From Nostoc sp. PCC 7120 = FACHB-418 (lineage in GTDB: Bacteria > Cyanobacteriota > Cyanobacteriia > Cyanobacteriales > Nostocaceae): DNA of 32,000 bases. The position numbers and the translations under genes are program-made. Below the pieces are notes generated by a model, which was not told where the DNA came from, ran no database searches, and saw only the letters and a program-made list of their open reading frames with translations. Location: NCBI RefSeq assembly GCF_000009705.1, contig NC_003272.1, positions 3,210,001-3,242,000 of the forward strand. Reading direction: 5' to 3'. Below are positions 23,942-30,066 of this stretch, in pieces. Position 1 is the first letter of the stretch. Each line of letters starts with the position of its first letter.

Positions 23942-24008
23942 GTAGGGTGTGTTACGACAATGTGAGGATTTAAGCATGAGCGACAGTGTAAATTGCCGTA
24001 ACGCAACG
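23942..24008 (+). repeat. 68-bp hairpin element (family B, copy 2)
   Basis: GTAGGGTGTGTTACGACAA ... TTGCCGTAACGCAACG. Same orientation and architecture as 21689-21756. Confidence 0.7.
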
Positions 24009-24089
24009 TAATCAGACTCTCATATCACTTCACTGTTGAGGTAGAATCAGGGACAAATAAATTTAAAATCCCAAATTACACCTGATTAT

Positions 24090-24305
24090 ATGCTGAAAAT
24101 CAATCAACTGATAGCCCGATCGCAAACCTTGAGATTAGACAAATATAGAGATCAGCGTCCTTTGGCGTATCATCGACTAGCTAACTGGAAACTGGCTCTT
24201 AAAGCTACCCTGCTACTTGCACCAATCTTCATCCCTCTACCAGTAACTGCACAGATATCCAACATTGATATCCCATTCATGTCATTTTACGATTGGGTGG
24301 TATGA
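24090..24305 (+). CDS. Hypothetical small protein (71 aa) with one hydrophobic segment
   Basis: ORF from the track. Its stop overlaps the ATG of the next ORF in an ATGA arrangement (24302-24305). The hydrophobic stretch is LKATLLLAPIFIPLPV. No family recognised. Confidence 0.35.
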   Translation: MLKINQLIARSQTLRLDKYRDQRPLAYHRLANWKLALKATLLLAPIFIPLPVTAQISNIDIPFMSFYDWVV

Positions 24306-24508
24306 GCAATACTGACAAGCAAATCGTTGCCGATTCTATGGCATATCAAGCCGTGATGTCTGTGCTTGTGTTGAATGATCTCAAGCGTCGCGGTGACAGT
24401 GCTGGTATAGCAAAGCTACGTGAAGGTATTATTCGCAGTGCGCGGGTTCTAGGATGGGACTTCAATCGCCTGAAACTCACTAGCCAAGGCTTTGTCACCG
24501 CACGTTGA
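24302..24508 (+). CDS. Hypothetical small soluble protein (68 aa from the ATG at 24302)
   Basis: MSNTDKQIVADSMAYQAVMSVLVLNDLKRRGDSAGIAKLREGIIRSARVLGWDFNRLKLTSQGFVTAR. The 4-bp ATGA overlap with the upstream ORF suggests translational coupling. No family recognised. Confidence 0.4.
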   Translation: MSNTDKQIVADSMAYQAVMSVLVLNDLKRRGDSAGIAKLREGIIRSARVLGWDFNRLKLTSQGFVTAR

Positions 24509-24518
24509 TCGCTTTTTG

Positions 24519-26681
24519 TTAACGTTCCACATCAGCACGCAGACGCTTAACATTATCCTGTAAGACAGCAGAAGGTAAAATATAACTCCCATCAACCGCC
24601 GCATAAGTAGGAAGTTTATCTGTCACAACCTCAATAGTTGCTTGTTGTTGATTAACTTGATGTTTTTGCTGATAAATCCTATTTCCCTCTGCATCCTCCA
24701 AAGACACAGTAAACGGGATATTCAACACTGCTGATTTTTGCTCTCCCAGATTACTTGTATAAAGCTTCTGCGCTTCCACCTTCAATTTAATTTTATATTT
24801 GCCATCAGGTAACTTTTGCCAAACAGCATCAGTTAAAGATACTTGATAAGTAATAACTTCAGCAAACAATTCATTAATTACCTCTCTCTTTTCAGCCCCA
24901 GCCTTACTTAAAATTGCATCCCGTAAATCAATCACTGTTGCATAGGGAGCAGATTTATAACGATACTTATTCAAAAATTCCCGAATAGCAGATAATAAAG
25001 CCTCCTTCCCGATGATATCTTCCACCAATTCCAACACCATACCACCCTTATAACGAGCGATAGGAGTTTCATTATAAACATCAGTTAAAGGCGGTTCTTT
25101 AAAATCAATCTTTCCTAACAGACGAAAGAAATCCCGCATCAACTGTTTTCTCGCTAAAACTTGTTCTTTAGGAGTGCGTCGAGAACGTTGATAAAGTGAA
25201 CTAGCATAAGCACTCAGAGATTCATTAATTGTCATTCCCCCTGCAACATCAGCCGCCATAATTTGCTCATCCCACCAAGCTTGAGCTAACAAATATGATA
25301 ACCAATCAATGATATTTTCTTTACCTAAACCTTGGGCTTGACTTTTCCAAACTAAGACTTCAGGAATGCCAATTGTCCCAGCATCAGAAAATACCATACC
25401 ATTGTAAAAAACAAACTCCGTCACCCGCACTTGTGGAAAAGGATAAGAACCAAAAGTTTTTTCATAAAACTCTAAAGCTTCACCAATTTGAGTGGCGATG
25501 AGTTTCACATTATCTTCGTGGGTTGGATGGTAATAGATTTCAATGGGAACGCGATAATTATTATCTCGATAAACTTTGTAGCGTCCAGAATAAATAGTAA
25601 ATTCCCCACGCTTAGGAGTGGTTGATTGATAACGGAAGTATTTTCTATCTCCTTGCTTCCATTGTTTAATTAATTTCCCCGATGTGATAGCAGTTTGATT
25701 TGCTGATGTACCAATAGTAATATCTGTTTTACCCCAGCCTAAATGAGTTAACATCAGCCCTTGGGATAAACCCACCGGATCATCATGTTTTCTCATTCTG
25801 TCTTCCAGGGGTGGTAGATTTAGCTTTTGACGTAACCAAGCTTTTTTATTTTCTACCATCTTGGTGTAACCCACAAAAGGTAAGATAAAAGGACTATATA
25901 AATAAGTGCCGTTACCTACCACATCGTTAGGATAAATCATGTAGATATCATCATTATCAACCTCATTACGAAATCCTTGGGGGCGTTCAATGCGGGTGAC
26001 AAACTGCATGGTTTGTTTCTCTCCCGGCATCAGAGGTTTTTCTAGGTCATAGATGTGATATCCTAATTTATTATCAGAGGAACATAACTTTAAACCTGGG
26101 TATTTTACATCATCAATTTTTAAATTAATGAAGGTCAATAAATGAATTTCTCGTATCGGTGACTGGGTACGATTTTCTAATAAATATTCACCTTGAGCAA
26201 TAAAATAACGTTGCTCTGGATAAAGGTCAATATTTAGCCGAGTTTCAGTCACAACCGGCATAGGCAGATTTTCATACTTTTTGTATCGCCTTTCCACCTC
26301 CGCCGCCGTTTCTTCGCTGGTAGGTGGTTTGTATGCGTTAACGATAATTGTGTTGTAACCAATCCATCCTCCCACACCTGCAAACATGAATATTAAAGCT
26401 GCTAAAGCACGTTTGACTTTTTTATTAGTATTTCGCCAACCTCTTTGCCAATCTTTAACTAAATTTTGATCAAATGTCCCACGGGGATAAATAATATATG
26501 CCAGCATCATTAAAATTGCTCCCCCAATTGCCCAGTAAAGACTATACCAAAGATGTCCGATTAACAGATGTCCGTAACCGTTCATTAAGGAATATTCAAT
26601 ATCATTGGTAGCAGCAAAACGGTAGAGATTATGATATAAACCCAGGGCGTGGAGAGGAATTTTTGAGAGAGAAATTAACAC
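24519..26681 (-). CDS. Membrane-anchored M1-peptidase-like protein lacking the HExxH zinc site (ABC-2 transporter accessory or fusion-partner domain)
   Basis: GTG start overlapping the permease stop. Two N-terminal helices separated by a basic loop, then about 600 aa resembling the M1 aminopeptidase domain of the ABC permease/M1 fusion family (IEIYYHPTHEDNV; YLLAQAWWDEQI....INESLSAYAS). The only HE dipeptide in the 720 aa is in THEDN. Confidence 0.7.
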   Translation of the reverse strand: MLISLSKIPLHALGLYHNLYRFAATNDIEYSLMNGYGHLLIGHLWYSLYWAIGGAILMMLAYIIYPRGTFDQNLVKDWQRGWRNTNKKVKRALAALIFMFAGVGGWIGYNTIIVNAYKPPTSEETAAEVERRYKKYENLPMPVVTETRLNIDLYPEQRYFIAQGEYLLENRTQSPIREIHLLTFINLKIDDVKYPGLKLCSSDNKLGYHIYDLEKPLMPGEKQTMQFVTRIERPQGFRNEVDNDDIYMIYPNDVVGNGTYLYSPFILPFVGYTKMVENKKAWLRQKLNLPPLEDRMRKHDDPVGLSQGLMLTHLGWGKTDITIGTSANQTAITSGKLIKQWKQGDRKYFRYQSTTPKRGEFTIYSGRYKVYRDNNYRVPIEIYYHPTHEDNVKLIATQIGEALEFYEKTFGSYPFPQVRVTEFVFYNGMVFSDAGTIGIPEVLVWKSQAQGLGKENIIDWLSYLLAQAWWDEQIMAADVAGGMTINESLSAYASSLYQRSRRTPKEQVLARKQLMRDFFRLLGKIDFKEPPLTDVYNETPIARYKGGMVLELVEDIIGKEALLSAIREFLNKYRYKSAPYATVIDLRDAILSKAGAEKREVINELFAEVITYQVSLTDAVWQKLPDGKYKIKLKVEAQKLYTSNLGEQKSAVLNIPFTVSLEDAEGNRIYQQKHQVNQQQATIEVVTDKLPTYAAVDGSYILPSAVLQDNVKRLRADVER

Positions 26682-27646
26682 CCTCGTAAAATTAAGTTAG
26701 TTTCAAACCAAGCGCGGTTAATCCATTGTTGCCATAGTAAGGAAGATGCAGGAGAATAAGCGGGGGAATAATTTCTATTGATATTTATTGGTTGAGACTT
26801 TGTAGTCTTCACTTTGGTTTTCACAGGAGATTTTCCCATCACCTTCATTGAATAGGTGTGATAACTCCACATCCAACCAGCCACAGCAATGGTAATCCAA
26901 AGTAGACGATTCCACAGCAGTGTTCCCCCTAAAGACGGCATCAAATTATTATGCTGGAAAACTGTCCAAGTCAGGGTTTTTTCTTCAAAAGCATAAAAGC
27001 CAAAGGGGTCTAACATTGCCCAGATGCGGTATAATTCAAAGTCGATGACATCTACCCCCACCAGCATCAGAGAAACCAGGTAGAGCATGACAAGAACAAT
27101 TGCCCCAGCATAGGTAATGATAATACTTCTGGTTTTGGAAGCAATACTAAATGCGATCGCAGAAACTAAAAATAGATTGGGTAATACAAATAATACATAA
27201 CTAGCCACATAAGCTTCAGGACGAAATGCACCCAAAGCAAAGGGGTTTAATCCAGGTATAACAGTACCTAAAAGCATCCCTGGTATATAGGTAGAAAACG
27301 CCAAAAGCGTCATTCCAAATGCAGCGATGAAGCGGGTTGTTAAATAGTCCCGTTTACGGATGGGAGTAGCCAAAATTAAAGCTTCCATACGGTAATTACT
27401 ATCCCGCACAAAAGTTTCAGCCACAAAAGCCGATGCTGCCAAAATTCCAAAAATGGTATACCAAATAGTAACTTGAAAGATTTCCGCCGGACTATTGACA
27501 AAAAAGAAGGCGTTACCAGGCCCAGCTTTCGCAACTATATCGGTGAGTCCAATGGCGAAAAATAAGATAGCAATTAACCAAAACGTCGGGCGACGGAGAT
27601 GATAAAAAGTTTCAAACCGCAAAATAGCGGAAAATGCTTGTTTCAT
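26675..27646 (-). CDS. ABC-2-type transporter permease (about 6 helices)
   Basis: 323 aa and hydrophobic throughout. Its ATG overlaps the ATPase stop (ATGA at 27643-27646). The N-terminal RFETFYHLRRPTFW motif and DPFGFYAFEEKTLTWT are typical of the permease part of ABC-2/M1 fusion proteins. Confidence 0.75.
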   Translation of the reverse strand: MKQAFSAILRFETFYHLRRPTFWLIAILFFAIGLTDIVAKAGPGNAFFFVNSPAEIFQVTIWYTIFGILAASAFVAETFVRDSNYRMEALILATPIRKRDYLTTRFIAAFGMTLLAFSTYIPGMLLGTVIPGLNPFALGAFRPEAYVASYVLFVLPNLFLVSAIAFSIASKTRSIIITYAGAIVLVMLYLVSLMLVGVDVIDFELYRIWAMLDPFGFYAFEEKTLTWTVFQHNNLMPSLGGTLLWNRLLWITIAVAGWMWSYHTYSMKVMGKSPVKTKVKTTKSQPININRNYSPAYSPASSLLWQQWINRAWFETNLILRGC

Positions 27647-28524
27647 ACAGCAATAGTTTGAGATTGGGGTTTATCTAATAACGCAATGAAATAAACATCA
27701 TTTAAATCCGGTTCAACAGGTTGAAAATCCTTACCGGGTTGAGAATCACTTAAAACGCGCACCCATCTTTCTCCCCGCGACATTCGGGAAGTAATTACCG
27801 TTAATTCTTCAACATTGCTCGTTTCTGAATGCAGTGCAGTCCAAACTCTGCCATTTAAAGCATTAATTAAAGCCTGTGGACTACCACTGCGAAGGATTTC
27901 ACCCCTATTCATAATCGCCATATTCGGGCATAATTCGGCGACATCTTCGACAATATGGGTAGAGAGTAGTAAAACTCTGTCTTGGCTGATTTCTGAAAGC
28001 AAATTATGAAACCGGATGCGTTCTGCTGGATCTAAACCTGCGGTTGGCTCATCTACTATTACGAGTTTGGGTGAACCGAGTAAAGCTTGAGCAATTCCGA
28101 AACGCTGGCGCATACCACCGGAAAAAGTGCCTAATTTCTGTTGACGCTGTTCGTATAGATTGACAAGTTGCAGTTGTTGTGCAACTATTTCTCGTCGTTG
28201 TTGATGATGAATAAATCCTTTGAAGACGGCTAATTGATCTAGTAAATCTTCAGCTGAAACACTTGGATAAACGCCAAAATCTTGAGGTAAATAACCTAAG
28301 ATACTACGAGCAGATTGGGGATTTTTGAGGAAATTTACGCCGTCTAATTCTATTGAGCCAGAATCAGCATCTTGGAGAGTGGCTAGTGTCCGCATGAGGC
28401 TAGATTTCCCTGCACCGTTTGGGCCGAGTAATCCGAAGATGCCGTAATCTATTTTTAAGGATATATCTCTTAGGGCTTGGATGCCGTTGGGGTATTTTTT
28501 GTTTAATTGTTTGATGATGAGCAT
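27643..28524 (-). CDS. ABC transporter ATP-binding protein (ABC-2 subfamily)
   Basis: Walker A is GPNGAGKSS, the signature is FSGGMRQRFGIAQAL, and Walker B is LVIVDEPTAGLD. I place the start at the ATG at 28524 (MLIIKQLNKKYPNG). The 44-codon upstream extension in the ORF track is read from repeat DNA. Confidence 0.9.
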   Translation of the reverse strand: MLIIKQLNKKYPNGIQALRDISLKIDYGIFGLLGPNGAGKSSLMRTLATLQDADSGSIELDGVNFLKNPQSARSILGYLPQDFGVYPSVSAEDLLDQLAVFKGFIHHQQRREIVAQQLQLVNLYEQRQQKLGTFSGGMRQRFGIAQALLGSPKLVIVDEPTAGLDPAERIRFHNLLSEISQDRVLLLSTHIVEDVAELCPNMAIMNRGEILRSGSPQALINALNGRVWTALHSETSNVEELTVITSRMSRGERWVRVLSDSQPGKDFQPVEPDLNDVYFIALLDKPQSQTIAV

Positions 28525-28531
28525 GATTTTT

Positions 28532-28643
28532 TTAACGCAGAGGGGCGCGGAGAGAGATTTTATGAGGGAGTTCTTTGAGTCTTTGCGCCTACCCTGTGGG
28601 AACGCCTTGGCGCAGCCTCTCGTAGAGAAGGGCGAATGCGTGA
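28532..28643 (-). repeat. Dispersed repeat (family A, copy 2, inverted relative to copy 1) between the MFS and ABC genes
   Basis: The reverse complement reads CGCATTCGCCCTTCTCTACGAGAGGCTGCGCCAAGGCGTTCCCACAGGGTAGGCGCAAAGACTC...TCTCCGCGCCCCTCTGCGTTAAAA. It matches 21573-21670 apart from an internal ~21-bp extra segment. Confidence 0.7.
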
Positions 28644-28655
28644 GATAAAACCCCA

Positions 28656-29969
28656 TTAATCAACAACGCCAGAACTTTCAGGAAGCTTCTGATCAGGAAT
28701 TAAGTCTTCTACTTTTCGCAAAGTGCGCCAGGTGTAACCGAAAATACCTACTAAGACTGTGCAGATAGTCATACTGACAAATAGTAAAGTAATCCCTGAA
28801 CCAGTCCCAGTCCCAAAGATGTTGCCGAAAATCGGGGCTAAAATCCCTGTGGGACGCATGGCGGGTTCAAAGACTCTATCAGCCAGGAAACCAGCAATTA
28901 AGGGGGTGATGGCGGCTACAGTTACGCCTATGAGTTGATCGGCTGCGAGGACTCGTCCTTGTAAGCCTGGGGGAATTGTGGCATACCATATAGCGTTACT
29001 GGAACTGTAAAACAAGGGAATGAGTGTGGATGAAAGAAAATGCGCTCCCATCCACACCGATACTGTTTGCCCCAGTCCGATCAGGGTTCTAAAAATACCG
29101 TGTCCGATGAAACCTAGTAACATTCCGTGTATACGGCGATGGAATCCGCCCCAAATACTAAGGGCGATCGCCCCAATGACACCCCCAATCCCCGCCGCCG
29201 TGGTGACTGTGCCGAGAATTTCTGAGTTGCCACCTGTACGGGCTAGAATCATCGGTGTGTAAAGGACTTTACTTATATCGTTGGGAATGGCGAATAATGT
29301 GAAGGCGATCGCCATTGCTGTTAATGATGGATTTGCCCAAATATAACGAAATCCAAATGTTAATTTTTGCCATAAGCTCTCAGTATTATCCCGGTGATTT
29401 GGCTCAACGGCAGGCTGGGGAATTTTGACGATGAGTAAGGTGATGAAGGCAGCAGCAAAAGTTGTTAAGTCAATCCAGAAGATAGCCTGCAACCCCAGAC
29501 GGGGATATATAAACCCGGCTAAGGCCGGAGAAAATATGGCTGCACTGTAGTTAACGGCTGAACCTAAACTTTCTGCACGGGTAAATTGTTCTTTGGGAAC
29601 TAATAGGGATATGGAGGCAGAATAGGCGAGAACTTGTAATTGCCCAAAGCCACCGTAAAGCATGACAATTATATACAAGTGCCACACCTGTAATTGTTGG
29701 TTTAGGTATAGGATGGCGATCGCTAGGGTACACAACACGGCGACAACTTCCGCCAAAATCATCAGAAAGCGACGATTAAACCTATCTACCGCAATACCAG
29801 CAAAGGTGGTAATCAGGATTTTTGGCATCTGGGCAAAAAAGCCGACTAACGCCAAAGCTGTCGCTGAACCAGTTTTATCCCAAACCCAAATCGTCAGGGC
29901 AAACACTGTCATAAAACTACCGATGGTAGATATTATCTGTCCTAGCCAGATGATCAAAAAAGTTCGCAT
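28656..29969 (-). CDS. MFS transporter (MFS_3 / EntS-like efflux type)
   Basis: About 12 hydrophobic segments. The N-terminal MRTFLIIWLGQIISTIGSFMTVFALTIWVWDKTGSATALALVGFF is typical of the enterobactin-exporter-like MFS subfamily. The ATG at 29969 is preferred over the TTG at 29984. Confidence 0.8.
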   Translation of the reverse strand: MRTFLIIWLGQIISTIGSFMTVFALTIWVWDKTGSATALALVGFFAQMPKILITTFAGIAVDRFNRRFLMILAEVVAVLCTLAIAILYLNQQLQVWHLYIIVMLYGGFGQLQVLAYSASISLLVPKEQFTRAESLGSAVNYSAAIFSPALAGFIYPRLGLQAIFWIDLTTFAAAFITLLIVKIPQPAVEPNHRDNTESLWQKLTFGFRYIWANPSLTAMAIAFTLFAIPNDISKVLYTPMILARTGGNSEILGTVTTAAGIGGVIGAIALSIWGGFHRRIHGMLLGFIGHGIFRTLIGLGQTVSVWMGAHFLSSTLIPLFYSSSNAIWYATIPPGLQGRVLAADQLIGVTVAAITPLIAGFLADRVFEPAMRPTGILAPIFGNIFGTGTGSGITLLFVSMTICTVLVGIFGYTWRTLRKVEDLIPDQKLPESSGVVD

Positions 29970-30006
29970 AGTTTCTGGGGACAAATCAATTCAAAATTCA
30001 AAATTG

Positions 30007-30061
30007 GGGACTGGGTATTGGGTATGGAATTTTCTCCCCCTGCTCCCTGCCCCCTGCCGCC
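30007..30061. repeat. STRR-like G-run/C-run heptamer element directly downstream of the TonB-dependent receptor stop
   Basis: GGGGACTGGGTATTGGGTATGG ... CTCCCCCTGCTCCCTGCCCCCTGCCGCC. Same layout as 13001-13051. Tandem TCAAAAT heptamers are adjacent at about 29991-30004. Confidence 0.55.
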
Positions 30062-30066
30062 ATGAA

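Noticed and set aside
24519-26681. Annotating this gene as an active aminopeptidase N.
   Set aside because: No HExxH motif exists in the 720 residues. The aligned position reads YLLAQ, so an enzymatically active M1 peptidase call is not supported.
28525-28656. A 44-codon N-terminal extension of the ABC ATPase (start at 28656 in the ORF track).
   Set aside because: The extension is the translation of dispersed repeat family A. The canonical ABC N-terminus begins at the ATG at 28524.
29983-30061. A Fur box and a G-quadruplex upstream of the MFS gene (TCAAAAT tandem heptamers; on the minus strand GGCAGGGGGCAGGGAGCAGGGGGAG).
   Set aside because: The AT-rich heptamers do not clearly match the Fur consensus by eye. 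The G-runs belong to an STRR-like repeat that also occurs at 13001-13051. Both were noted, but neither is supportable as a regulatory call without a matrix scan or an experiment.
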